From Polyangiaceae bacterium (GTDB taxonomy: Bacteria > Myxococcota_A > Polyangia > Polyangiales > Polyangiaceae), in assembly GCA_044222475.1 (NCBI GenBank), contig JBGANF010000005.1, forward strand, positions 32,001 through 96,000: a stretch of DNA of 64,000 nucleotides. Direction: 5' to 3'. Positions 1-9,694 of the stretch are shown here, piece after piece (the stretch's first letter is position 1; every line of letters starts with the position of its first letter). Below the pieces are notes generated by a model. The model was not told where the DNA came from. It made no database searches and saw only the letters and a program-made list of their open reading frames with translations. The position numbers were made by a program, and so were the translations under genes.

Positions 1-278
1 TGAAGCAACCGCAGGGGATCGTCCTCGGTGACGGACCAAGCCATCGCGGGCGCCGGAGGCGCAGCCGACGCGAGAGGCAACACGACCGGCGCGCTCGACG
101 CGACCGGAGCCGGAGCGGTCGCCGTCGCCGACGTCGTCGCAGTCGTGACGGGCGGCGCAGACGACGACGCGGACGCGGACGCGCTCGGCGCCGGCGGTGG
201 CTCGTCGGCGAAGGCGAGCGACGACAACGGCGGGATTGCCATCGCGAGCACCGCCACGGCCAACTTGGATCGACGCAT
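1..278 (-). CDS. Secreted protein, 5' part only (runs off the left edge)
   Basis: ATG at 278 (minus) reads MRRSKLAVAVLAMAIPPLSSLAFA-DEPPPAPSASASA..., a signal peptide followed by a Pro/Ala/Ser linker. Not in the ORF track because it is truncated. Confidence 0.7.
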   Translation of the reverse strand, partial: MRRSKLAVAVLAMAIPPLSSLAFADEPPPAPSASASASSSAPPVTTATTSATATAPAPVASSAPVVLPLASAAPPAPAMAWSVTEDDPLRLL

Positions 279-373
279 GGGCGCAGCTTGCCCAACGGGC
301 GACGCTCGCGCAAGGCGAGACCTGGTAAAGCGGGCAGTTCCCAAGCCAGCCGCGGCGACCTAGGTTCGCCTTC

Positions 374-1168
374 GTGCCGCGGCTGAAGCCGATTCGCAGG
401 GGGCATTTCGTCGACGTGGGCGCGGTCCACCCGACCGGCCTCGGACCGCGCCGCGTCCGCGCCTACGTCCCGGTCGCGCCCGCGGCGGGAACGAAGCGGC
501 CGCTGCTCGTCCTCTTCGACGGCCAGAACGTGTTCGGCGACGAAGGATCGTTCGCTGGCGGGTGGCACGCGCACGAGGCGGTGGACAAGCTCGTCGCCTG
601 GAAGCCCGTCGCCCCAATCGTGGTCGGAGTCGATCACGGGGGCGTCTCGCGCATGGACGAGCTCACCCCCTTCGCCGACGGCCAGCGCGGCGGCAAGCTC
701 GACGCCATCATCGGCACCCTCGTCGACGAGCTCCTGCCGCGGCTCCACTCGCGATTCGAGCTCGGCTACGGGCCAGGCTCGCACTTCGTCGGTGGCTCGT
801 CGCTCGGCGGATTGGCTGCACTCTACACGCACTTGAAACGGCCCGACGTCTTCGGCGGGGCGATCGCGATGTCGCCCTCCCTGTGGTTCACCCGCGCCAA
901 GGTCGACGCGTTCGTCCGAGAACAGCAGAACCCCTACCGATCGCGGATCTACCTCGATGCGGGCGTGCGCGAAGGTGGGGGCCGGATGCTCCCCCTCGCG
1001 GAGCGGTTCGCCGAGCACTTCCGGAGCCGCGGATGGTCCCCGCCCGAGCCCTCCGGACCGGCGCGTGATCTGCGCATCCTGATGCGAGCCGACGCCCGCG
1101 GCGGCCACGACGAACGTGCATGGCGGAGGCGGTTTCCCAAAGCGCTTCGGTTCCTCTGCGAGCCTTGA
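374..1168 (+). CDS. Alpha/beta hydrolase, putative esterase family
   Basis: LLVLFDGQNVF, nucleophile elbow GGSSLGG, SPSLW, and C-terminal H-D-E-x-A-W-x-x-R motif. Confidence 0.85.
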   Translation: MPRLKPIRRGHFVDVGAVHPTGLGPRRVRAYVPVAPAAGTKRPLLVLFDGQNVFGDEGSFAGGWHAHEAVDKLVAWKPVAPIVVGVDHGGVSRMDELTPFADGQRGGKLDAIIGTLVDELLPRLHSRFELGYGPGSHFVGGSSLGGLAALYTHLKRPDVFGGAIAMSPSLWFTRAKVDAFVREQQNPYRSRIYLDAGVREGGGRMLPLAERFAEHFRSRGWSPPEPSGPARDLRILMRADARGGHDERAWRRRFPKALRFLCEP

Positions 1169-1190
1169 CGGGTGGTGATAGACTGCCGCA

Positions 1191-2564
1191 ATGCGTCGCT
1201 TCTCGACCCTTGCCTTCACGGCGGTTGCACTCTCCTCTCTTGCTGGCTGCGCCCTGATCCTCGGATCGTTCACCACCGACGGAACGATCGGCGGTGGAGA
1301 CGGCGGCCCTGACTCTCGCGTGGACGGCGCGACGGACGGCGGCGACGGTGGTCCCCCGCAGAAGGTCTTGGGCTGCAGCCTCGACGGCATCCCGCACAAG
1401 GTCATCAGCAACAACCTCGACATCAACGAGCAGCCGCTCGCGATCCACGCGATCAACGGCAACTCCGACCGCCGCATCGCGTACCTCCTCGCGCCGTCGC
1501 AGAAGGCTCGCTTCGTCGAAGTCGACGACGTCAAGTCGGACGGCAGCGGGTTCTCGCCGCTCCAGCAAGCGTTCGCTTCCGGCATCGAGTACGTCGGCTT
1601 CGACAACTTCGACGGGGGATTCGCCTTCATCGGATACGACGGCTCGGCGCTGACCCTCCGCGGGAGCTACCTCCGCGACAACGACAAGACGCCGTCCTTC
1701 CCCCAAGCGATCGCGGTCAACCCGCCGCTCACGAATGGCACCAGCAACTTCAACACGGCCATCGTCCCGCTCGATCTCGCGAACGGGATCTTCTTCGTCG
1801 CGGTGTCGTTCTCGATCAACAACCAGCCGCAGCAGGATCTCTACGCCGGTACCGTGGACCTCAACAAAGGCAACGGACCAGGGCTCGAGAAGATCCAGGG
1901 GTTCGCGAGCCGGCCCGAGTTCAGCTCGTCCAGCATCGTGCTCGACCGCGCCAACCACCAGGCCGCGATCATCATCAGCCCCGACAAAGGCCTCGGCGAC
2001 TCGCAGGTGCTCACCATCGACTTCACCTCGACGCCGAAGTCGCTCGGGATGCGCAACCTGCCTGGGCCTCAAGCGGCTCACGTCGTCGCGAGCTTCATGG
2101 CACCGAGCGTGCCCGCGCCGGGGACCAACGGTGCGTCGTTCCTCACCGGCGATCTCACGAACAGCAGCGTGCCGTTCAACATGTTCGCCGGGACCCTCCA
2201 GGACGACAAGACGAAGACCTTTCTCGTCGGTGACCTCCCGGCACCGACGAAATTCGACTCGATCGACGACCTCGCCGTCGACAAGTCGGCGTTCGAGTGG
2301 CGCTTCTTCCAGGTCATCGGCCCGCAGCTCGTGATCGCGGGCCGCAAGACCGGCACGGGCGACGGCGTGAACATCTTGTGGTTCGACGGAAAAGGAACCC
2401 TCCGCGGCAAAGCGAGCGGAGCCACCGCGCTCGTGCCGACCGAAAAAGTCTCCGGCGCCGCCGCGACGTTCCGCAGCCCGCCGGCGGCCGTGTTCGCCCA
2501 GCTCGCCATGATGTGGCGCACCGAGGCGCACGACGTGATGATCGCCGACGTCACCTGCAAGTGA
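1191..2564 (+). CDS. Secreted lipoprotein, beta-rich, unknown function
   Basis: Lipobox LAG-C, Asp/Gly linker (DGGPDSRVDGATDGG), strong GC3 codon bias. Confidence 0.7.
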   Translation: MRRFSTLAFTAVALSSLAGCALILGSFTTDGTIGGGDGGPDSRVDGATDGGDGGPPQKVLGCSLDGIPHKVISNNLDINEQPLAIHAINGNSDRRIAYLLAPSQKARFVEVDDVKSDGSGFSPLQQAFASGIEYVGFDNFDGGFAFIGYDGSALTLRGSYLRDNDKTPSFPQAIAVNPPLTNGTSNFNTAIVPLDLANGIFFVAVSFSINNQPQQDLYAGTVDLNKGNGPGLEKIQGFASRPEFSSSSIVLDRANHQAAIIISPDKGLGDSQVLTIDFTSTPKSLGMRNLPGPQAAHVVASFMAPSVPAPGTNGASFLTGDLTNSSVPFNMFAGTLQDDKTKTFLVGDLPAPTKFDSIDDLAVDKSAFEWRFFQVIGPQLVIAGRKTGTGDGVNILWFDGKGTLRGKASGATALVPTEKVSGAAATFRSPPAAVFAQLAMMWRTEAHDVMIADVTCK

Positions 2565-2565
2565 G

Positions 2566-4335
2566 TTGTCCAGGTCCGCGAAGATCGTCGGCTGGCTCTT
2601 CGCCGCCCAGTTCGCAGCGCTCGATCTAGCGCTTCGCGGGCCGAGCGCGTGGTGGCAATCGCCCGGCATCGCGATCGGCGCGATCGCGAGCGCCGCGCTG
2701 TGGTGGCACGCGACGATGATCACGTCGCGCGCTCTTCGCGTCGCGTGCGCGATCCTCGCGGCAGCGATCCTCGTCACCCAAGCGGGGTTCTTCCGCTACT
2801 ACCACGTGTTCTTCGGCGTCGACGCAGCCGGCGCCGCGCGCTTCATGTGGGGCGACACGAAGCCGATGCTCCTGCGGATCGCACCGTGGCTGACGCTCGG
2901 TACGATCCTCGTGGCTGGGCTCGAGTGGCTCGCGCTCCGGCGCGCTGCCAGACGCCCGACGCGCCGGTGGGGCGCGATCGTCGCGCTCGTGTCGTGCGCG
3001 GGTGCGTTCCTCGTCCGCGGCGACGGTCCACCGGACGCGAGCGCGCTCGCCGCCCTGCTCCGCTTCGCGATCCCCAAGAAAGCGACGACCACCACCAGCG
3101 TGGTCGTCCCGGACGTTCGCACCGAGAGGCGCCCCGCCGCCGTGCTCCTCCTACTCGACGAGAGCATCCGCGCCTCGGACTACTGCCAGGCCGGTGGACC
3201 CGACTGCGAGATCGCGCCGCGCACGGCTGCGCTGACGCCCGATCGGATCGTGTTCCGCGAGATGCGCTCGGTCGCGAGCTACACCGCGCTCTCGGTCGGG
3301 GCGCTCTTCACCGGACGACTGCCCATAGAGGGACAGAAGGTCTTCGCGACCGCACCGATGCTCTTCGACGTCGTCCGTGCCATTCGGCTCGAAGGCGACG
3401 CGCGGCCGACGGTCCACTACGTCTCCGCGCAGACCGACTCGTTCTTCGAGCGCACCGATCTTCCCCAGGTGCTCGACACGTTCGTCACCGTGAAGGACCT
3501 CGTGGGCCATCCGGTCGACGACATCGACGACGTGATCGACGCCGGCACGGATCGCCTCCTCGCCGACCGCGCGGAGCAGAAGCTCGCAACCCTGAAGCCG
3601 CCGTTTCTCTTCGTCGCGCACTTCGCGGGAACCCACGCGCCGTATTTCGTGGACGACGCGAAGGCGCCCTATCGTCCGTACACCCACGCGGCGATGTGGA
3701 GCGGCCTCGGCGAGTTGCATGCGGCCTACAAGGACGCGATCTACGCCCAGGACGAGAGCGTCGCCCGCGTGATCGAGGCGTTTCGGCGCGCCGCCGGCGA
3801 TGCCCCGTCGCTCGTCCTGTTCACGAGCGATCACGGCGAGTCGTTCGGCGAGCACTCCGCGATTCACCACGGGCAGGACCTCTACGACGAGCAGATCCAC
3901 GTGCCGGCATTCGCGGTCGTCCACCACGACGACCGCGCGGCGGCGATGCGCGCTCACGAGGGCGACTACCTCACCCACCTCGACGTTCTGCCGACGATCA
4001 TCGACATGTTCGGTGCCCACGGCGCGTTTCCGCTGCGCGCGACGGAGGATCCGCTCCGTGGCCGGAGCCTGCTCCGCCCGTTCGCCGGAGACGGGCTGCA
4101 GATCCTCGCGCTCACCAACTGCACCGACATCTTCCCGTGCCCGGTGAAGACGTACGGGATGATGCAGGGGAGCCACGCGCTCACCGCCCAGCCGTGGGAC
4201 TATGGCTGGCGCTGCGTCGACCTCCACGACGACGCGACCGCTCTGGATCCGAAGTCGCCGGAGTGCGATGCGTTGGGCCGCGCGTCCCACGACCACTACC
4301 CGACGATCCCCTGCGGGGCGAAGAACCCCTGGTAG
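2566..4335 (+). CDS. Membrane-anchored sulfatase-like/LTA synthase-type phosphotransferase
   Basis: N-terminal TM helices; LLLDESIR, YT putative nucleophile, THAPY, FTSDHGE, HLDVLPTI motifs of the alkaline-phosphatase superfamily. Confidence 0.75.
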   Translation: MSRSAKIVGWLFAAQFAALDLALRGPSAWWQSPGIAIGAIASAALWWHATMITSRALRVACAILAAAILVTQAGFFRYYHVFFGVDAAGAARFMWGDTKPMLLRIAPWLTLGTILVAGLEWLALRRAARRPTRRWGAIVALVSCAGAFLVRGDGPPDASALAALLRFAIPKKATTTTSVVVPDVRTERRPAAVLLLLDESIRASDYCQAGGPDCEIAPRTAALTPDRIVFREMRSVASYTALSVGALFTGRLPIEGQKVFATAPMLFDVVRAIRLEGDARPTVHYVSAQTDSFFERTDLPQVLDTFVTVKDLVGHPVDDIDDVIDAGTDRLLADRAEQKLATLKPPFLFVAHFAGTHAPYFVDDAKAPYRPYTHAAMWSGLGELHAAYKDAIYAQDESVARVIEAFRRAAGDAPSLVLFTSDHGESFGEHSAIHHGQDLYDEQIHVPAFAVVHHDDRAAAMRAHEGDYLTHLDVLPTIIDMFGAHGAFPLRATEDPLRGRSLLRPFAGDGLQILALTNCTDIFPCPVKTYGMMQGSHALTAQPWDYGWRCVDLHDDATALDPKSPECDALGRASHDHYPTIPCGAKNPW

Positions 4336-5511
4336 TCAGCTCCCGAGCGGCTTCACGTAGGGCGACGCGCGGTCGCCGTCGAAGATCGCTCCCACGCGCT
4401 TCGCGAACGCCGCTCCGTCGAGGAAGACGGAGAGGTTGCGGCTCTTCTCGAAGTAGTCGCCCTCCCAGTTGCTCGTGCCGATCCACGCCGAGTCTTCGTC
4501 GAAGACGGCGAACTTCGCGTGGACGACGCGCGCAAAAGGTACCTCGCCCTTCGACCACGGCGGGATCGTGAGGACCGAGACGTGGGCGCCGGCCGCGGCG
4601 AGCTCGGCGAGCGTCGGCTCCTTCTCGTTCCACGCCGACACGATCATCTGCACGTCGACCTTGCGGGCGATCGCGCGCCGAAGCGCGTCGTCGAGGACGG
4701 TGAAGGCCGACCCGTCGCGGCTCTTCCGCTTGTACGTCAAGAGCTGGACTCGAATGCGTGCCTTGGCACCGTCGATCCTTCGTACCAACATGGGAAGATC
4801 CCATGCAGCGTCGTTGCCGAGGAACCCGCGCGGGCTCGCGGCGACCGTCAGCGGTTCACCGCCTGCGCTCTCGGGGAAGGTGGGCCACGCGATGGCCGCG
4901 TAGCGCTCCGGCCCTGCACCGCCCTCGACGTCCCAGTCCGCCGCGAAGATCTCGCTCACGGCGCGAACCGCGCTGGGACCACGGAGCAGCACGCCGAGCT
5001 CCTGGATGTGGTCGAGCGAACGCCAGTCGAAGTTCTGACTGCCGACGTAGGCCTCGGTGCCATCGACCACGAAGTACTTCGCGTGGAGGATGCCCCCCAT
5101 CGTCTTGGAGCGGTCGAAGTGGCGCACCTCGAAGCCGGCGTGCTTCGCGAACCGGTCCACGGTCTCGGGGTACTTCGCGTAGAACGCCTGCTCGACCAGG
5201 AACCGGACCTTCACGCCGCGATCGGCCGCCGCCTCGAGGGCGAGGACGATCTCGTGGAGCGCGCTCGGATCCTGGTCGCTCGCGTAGAACTCGGCGAGGT
5301 CGATGCGCGACTTCGCACGACGCACCATCGCGAGCCACACGTCCTTGGCGTCGGGGACGTCGGGGTGGTCGAGCGTCGTCTCGACGGGCCACGACTCGAC
5401 GAGCTCCACGGCCGGTGGCGCCGTGACGCGCGCGACGGTCGGGCCGGGGACGACGGGGGGAGGAGCGGCGGCGCAGGCGACGAGAAGCGACGAGATCAGC
5501 GCGCGGCGCAC
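4336..5511 (-). CDS. Phospholipase D family protein (lipoprotein)
   Basis: Two HKD motifs: HAKYFVVD..GSQNFDWRS and HAKFAVFD..GTSNW; lipobox LVA-C. Confidence 0.9.
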   Translation of the reverse strand: MRRALISSLLVACAAAPPPVVPGPTVARVTAPPAVELVESWPVETTLDHPDVPDAKDVWLAMVRRAKSRIDLAEFYASDQDPSALHEIVLALEAAADRGVKVRFLVEQAFYAKYPETVDRFAKHAGFEVRHFDRSKTMGGILHAKYFVVDGTEAYVGSQNFDWRSLDHIQELGVLLRGPSAVRAVSEIFAADWDVEGGAGPERYAAIAWPTFPESAGGEPLTVAASPRGFLGNDAAWDLPMLVRRIDGAKARIRVQLLTYKRKSRDGSAFTVLDDALRRAIARKVDVQMIVSAWNEKEPTLAELAAAGAHVSVLTIPPWSKGEVPFARVVHAKFAVFDEDSAWIGTSNWEGDYFEKSRNLSVFLDGAAFAKRVGAIFDGDRASPYVKPLGS

Positions 5512-5539
5512 TTCGCCACGCTACCACGCTCGATGCGGT

Positions 5540-6463
5540 TCACCAGCCGGCGCGGCGAATGCCCTTGTACGCGGTGCCCGCGGTGCGGAGGTTGTGCACG
5601 ATGCCGTACGAGCAGCCCCGCGCTTCGTACGTCCACATCGAGCCCCAGCCGTCGCCCGACTCGTAGAGGACGATGTGCCCCGCTCCGTTCTCGTTGTAGA
5701 CGAGCGCGTCGGCCTTCTTGAGGCTGCTGCGCGAGACGGTGCTCCACAGCGAGCTCGACGCGTTGAAGTTCACCGTGCTGTACGGGTGGCTGTCGACGCT
5801 GACGTCGGTGTTCGACGAGGGGACCTGCCAGACCTTGGCCACGAACCCGGAGCAGTCGGCGCCGTTGCTCGCGCCTCCGTGCGTGCAGCTCGGGCAGCTC
5901 CCCGAGCACGTACCCTTGTTCGACGACGTCGCCCCGCTCGCCTGCCACTTGCCGTGGCCCCACCAGTACGTGAACCCGACGCCGGTCTTCGCGCGATCGA
6001 TTGCCTTGTCCTGCGCGGTCGAGCTGCTGCCACCGCCGCCGCCGCCGCTCACGACCTTGAGGTACTTCGCCGATGCCCACCCCTCGAGCCCGGAGTGCTT
6101 CACGTTCAGGAAGCCCCCCTTCGACGTCGTGACGTTGACGGTGACCACCTGCGAGCCTTGCGGCATCACGCGGAGGACCGACGCGGCCGTGGAAGGCCCA
6201 CTGCGGAGGTTGAGGTCCGCGGTCGTCTCGAGCGTGGTCCCAATCGGGTACGAGATCTCCCCCGCCTCCACCGTGCCAGCGTCGACCTCGACCGGCGCAC
6301 CGTCCGGGCCCGGGGCGGCGTTGGCGCTGACCGGATCGGGATCGGGCGAGTCGTCGACGCCGACGAGCGTCGGGCTGTCCGTCGGTCCTACCTCGGTGCT
6401 GCAGGCGGCGAGGCCGAAGAAGAGGGCAGCGCAGGCGGCGAGGAGGGGCGCGCGGAGGGTCAT
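5540..6463 (-). CDS. SH3b + NlpC/P60-like cell-wall peptidase lipoprotein
   Basis: Start reassigned to ATG 6463 (MTLRAPLLAACAALFFGLAAC); LNLRSGPST..EGW SH3b; Y-W-W-G, DCSGFV catalytic Cys, GHIVLY. Confidence 0.8.
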   Translation of the reverse strand: MTLRAPLLAACAALFFGLAACSTEVGPTDSPTLVGVDDSPDPDPVSANAAPGPDGAPVEVDAGTVEAGEISYPIGTTLETTADLNLRSGPSTAASVLRVMPQGSQVVTVNVTTSKGGFLNVKHSGLEGWASAKYLKVVSGGGGGGSSSTAQDKAIDRAKTGVGFTYWWGHGKWQASGATSSNKGTCSGSCPSCTHGGASNGADCSGFVAKVWQVPSSNTDVSVDSHPYSTVNFNASSSLWSTVSRSSLKKADALVYNENGAGHIVLYESGDGWGSMWTYEARGCSYGIVHNLRTAGTAYKGIRRAGW

Positions 6464-6478
6464 CGTGCGCGCCTCTAG

Positions 6479-6494
6479 AGCGAAGCTCGTGCCA
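6479..6494 (-). promoter_or_regulatory. Putative sigma-54 (-24/-12) promoter of the NlpC/P60 gene
   Basis: Minus strand TGGCACGAGCTTCGCT with GG-N10-GC spacing, about 15 bp upstream of the ATG. Confidence 0.45.
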
Positions 6495-6723
6495 AGCCGT
6501 TTTGTCACCGCATGTAGGCAAATTCCGCCCAATGGCGCTGATGGGCGCCACCACCGATCCTCGATGGATTCGATCCCCCGTAACGCTGTTATGAGGGCGG
6601 GTGTGCGACAATGCGCACCACGTAGTCGCATCGTGCTTCGCGAGCGCGCGCGAGGGCTCGCGAGGCGGATCGGGGATGCCCCCCCTCGCTCGACGGAACG
6701 CTTTGTGCTCCCCTGCCCCCGCG

Positions 6724-7800
6724 ATGGCGGACACGGCATCGAGGCAACGGTTCTGGACCGCCGCGGCGGGGATTCTCCTCATCGCGGGAGCGGCGCTCTT
6801 CCTCCGGCGCTGCAGCGGCACGGCGCCGACGGCCGACCGCGATCACGAGGCCGCGCCGACCAAGGCCGCACCGAGGGCGAGCGCGGCTCAGCTCCCGCGC
6901 ACGGTCGTGGCGCTCCCGTCGTCGGTCGCGAGCACGTCGGGAGCGTTCGCGAGCTTCGGGTGGGGTGGCGAGGAGGGACAGGTCGGCCGCCATCGCCCGG
7001 ACGAGGCGAACCCGGAGGGCCCCATGAGCCTCGCGTCGGACGGCCACGGCGGCGCGCTCGTCCTCGATCAGGTCAACGGGAGAGTCACGCACGTCGACGC
7101 GTCGGGAAAGCGCGCGGGCTCGTTCAAGGTCCCATCGCGGGGAGCACAGGACGTCGCGACCGCCGACGACGGTACCGTCGCGGTGCTCGATCGCATGGGC
7201 AGCAAGGACGTGAAGCTCTTCGACCAGAACGGCGCACCGCGAGGAGTGCTCACGCTCGAGGGCAAGGGCATCAAAGAGAGCGGCGCCGTCACCGGCGTCT
7301 TCACCGACGGGAACAAAGTCTACGCCGAGACGGAGCACGGCCCGCTCACGCTGCTCGGCACGACGGACGGCGTCGCCGGCGATCGCACGCAGATCCCTGG
7401 ACGCCCCTCGCGCGACGGGACCTCGTACATCTCGGCCGGCATCACCAGCGCCACCGACGGGCGGCTGTGGGTGAGCGCCATCACCCGCGCGACGAACCAG
7501 CACCGCTTCACGCGCGAGCTCAAGATGGGCACGCCGGTGCCGTCGCTGCTGCTCCTCGACTCCGACAAGTCCGGAACGATCTACCTCGCGATGCTGGCCA
7601 TGCCGCAAGAGAACGACCCCATGGTCCTGCTCTCGTGCCTCGCGGGGAAGGACGGCGCGCCGATCGCGACGCTGCAGATCCCGGCAAACACGATGGCCGA
7701 AGAGACCTTCCGCGAGTTCGCCGTCCTCGACGGTGGCGGAGTCGTACACGCCGAGCTGAGCGAGTCCGGAGTCACGTACCGAAGGTACGACTGCCGATGA
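6724..7800 (+). CDS. Membrane-anchored beta-propeller (NHL-like) protein
   Basis: N-terminal TM helix; EGPMSL..VLDQVNGRV repeats; start chosen at ATG 6724. Confidence 0.6.
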   Translation: MADTASRQRFWTAAAGILLIAGAALFLRRCSGTAPTADRDHEAAPTKAAPRASAAQLPRTVVALPSSVASTSGAFASFGWGGEEGQVGRHRPDEANPEGPMSLASDGHGGALVLDQVNGRVTHVDASGKRAGSFKVPSRGAQDVATADDGTVAVLDRMGSKDVKLFDQNGAPRGVLTLEGKGIKESGAVTGVFTDGNKVYAETEHGPLTLLGTTDGVAGDRTQIPGRPSRDGTSYISAGITSATDGRLWVSAITRATNQHRFTRELKMGTPVPSLLLLDSDKSGTIYLAMLAMPQENDPMVLLSCLAGKDGAPIATLQIPANTMAEETFREFAVLDGGGVVHAELSESGVTYRRYDCR

Positions 7801-8165
7801 GCGAGTGGCTGTCCGGCGGTTGCCACTGCGGTGCGGTGCGGTTCGCGGTCCGCGCGGCGAAGCTCGAGGCGCTCGACTGCAACTGCTCGATCTGCCGGAA
7901 GAAGGGCTTCCTGCACCTGATCGTCCCCCCGGAAGATTTCCGGCTGGAGAAAGGGGCAGACTGCCTCAGCGAGTACCGCTTCAACACCCAGACGGCGCGC
8001 CACACCTTCTGCAAGACGTGCGGAATACACCCATTTTACGAGCCTCGGTCACATCCCGGCTGGGTCGACGTGAACGTGCGCGCTCTAGACACCCCGCTCG
8101 CGCGCTTCACGATCGTCCCGTTCGACGGCGTGAACTGGGAGGAGAACGTCGGCCGAATCACGTGA
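7797..8165 (+). CDS. GFA/CENP-V family protein
   Basis: GGCHCGAVRF, CNCSICRKKG, FCKTCG; ATGA overlap with the upstream stop. Confidence 0.9.
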   Translation: MSEWLSGGCHCGAVRFAVRAAKLEALDCNCSICRKKGFLHLIVPPEDFRLEKGADCLSEYRFNTQTARHTFCKTCGIHPFYEPRSHPGWVDVNVRALDTPLARFTIVPFDGVNWEENVGRIT

Positions 8166-8227
8166 GCCCGCGCCGGTGGTCCGATGGACTTTTCGCCGAT
8201 TAGGCGGCACGATCCGAGGACCGTTCG

Positions 8228-9694
8228 ATGACCGATGCCACGAAGTACGAGCAGGGCAAAGCCGAGGGCGAGAGCTCGCCGTCGATTGCCAACCCGAAGC
8301 CGGGTGACGTGCTCGCCGGGAAGTACCGCATCGGTCGAATCCTCGGCGAAGGCGGGATGGGAGTCGTCGTCGAAGCGACGCACCTCCAGCTGAGGCAGTC
8401 GGTCGCGATCAAGTTCATGCACCCGCGCGCCACGTTGAACAAGGACAACGTCACGCGCTTCGAGCGCGAAGCTCGAGCCGCCGTGCGGCTGAAGAGCGCG
8501 CACGTCGCCAAGGTCCTCGACACGGGCACGCTCGAGAACGGCGCGCCGTACATGGTGATGGAGTACCTGGAGGGGCGATCGCTCTCGTCGCTCGTCCGGG
8601 AGAGCGGCGGCGGGCTGCCGCTCGAAGAAGCGGTCGACTACTTCCTCCAGGCGTGCGAGGGCGTCGCCGAGGCGCACGCGCTCGGCGTCGTCCATCGGGA
8701 TCTCAAGCCTTCGAACCTGTTCCTCACGACCGGAGCCGACGGTTCTCCGACGGTGAAGGTCCTCGACTTCGGCGTCTCGAAGCTCGGCGGGCTCGCCGCG
8801 TCCACCGGCGACGACACCGCCGAGGGCGACGTGACGAAGACGCAAGCGGTCGTCGGGAGCCCACTCTACATGTCGCCGGAGCAGATGAAGTCGTCGCGCG
8901 ACGTCGATCATCGCTCCGACATCTGGTCGCTCGGAGTGTGCCTCTTCGAGATGGTGACCGGCACGATGCCGTTCGTCGCCGACTCGGTTCATCAGCAGTA
9001 CACGCTGCTCATGGTCGACGCGCCGCCGAAGCCGAGCGATCGACGTCCGGATGTACCGCCGGAGCTCGACGCGATCGTGCTGAGGTGTCTCGCTCGCGAG
9101 CGCGATGCGCGCTTCGCCGACGTCGGTGAGCTCGCCAGAGCGCTCACCCCATTCGCGAACGAGCACGCGCTCGTCGCGATCGATCGCATCAGCCGCACCC
9201 TCGTGGCCGATCGGAGCGGCAAGAGCGGGCCGTTTCCGCGCGTGCCGAGCATCCCGCCTCGCGGAATGGCGAGCACCGGTCGGGGGTCGCAACCGCGGAT
9301 CGGATCGTCCGCACCACCGCCCCCGCCGACTCCGAAGACCGACGTCACTTGGGGCGGAACGACCGCCGGCACCACGTCACCGCGACCGAGCCGCGCGCCC
9401 TACGTGATCGCCGGCATCGCGACGTGCGTCGCGCTCGCACTCGCGGGCGCGCTCTACATCGGTCGAACGCCGAAGACGACCGAGCCGGCGACCCCGAGCG
9501 CGACGGCGCCCGCGATGACGGCGAGCGCCGCCGCGAGCAGCGGGACGACGGCCTCGACCGTCGCCCCTGCCGTTTCCTCCGCGATGGCCTCGGCGACCGC
9601 GCCTCCCGCGACGACGGCGCCGAAGGCGACGAGCCGCCCCACGGCGACCGCGAAGCCGACCAGTGATACGGTGGATCTCAGCCACCGGAAATGA
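8228..9694 (+). CDS. Ser/Thr protein kinase with C-terminal TM helix
   Basis: LGEGGMGVV, VAIK, HRDLKPSN, DFG, YMSPEQ, DIWSLG. Confidence 0.95.
   Translation: MTDATKYEQGKAEGESSPSIANPKPGDVLAGKYRIGRILGEGGMGVVVEATHLQLRQSVAIKFMHPRATLNKDNVTRFEREARAAVRLKSAHVAKVLDTGTLENGAPYMVMEYLEGRSLSSLVRESGGGLPLEEAVDYFLQACEGVAEAHALGVVHRDLKPSNLFLTTGADGSPTVKVLDFGVSKLGGLAASTGDDTAEGDVTKTQAVVGSPLYMSPEQMKSSRDVDHRSDIWSLGVCLFEMVTGTMPFVADSVHQQYTLLMVDAPPKPSDRRPDVPPELDAIVLRCLARERDARFADVGELARALTPFANEHALVAIDRISRTLVADRSGKSGPFPRVPSIPPRGMASTGRGSQPRIGSSAPPPPPTPKTDVTWGGTTAGTTSPRPSRAPYVIAGIATCVALALAGALYIGRTPKTTEPATPSATAPAMTASAAASSGTTASTVAPAVSSAMASATAPPATTAPKATSRPTATAKPTSDTVDLSHRK

Noticed and set aside
28..363. 111-aa plus-strand ORF
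   Set aside because: It is the antisense shadow of the minus-strand secreted protein starting at 278.
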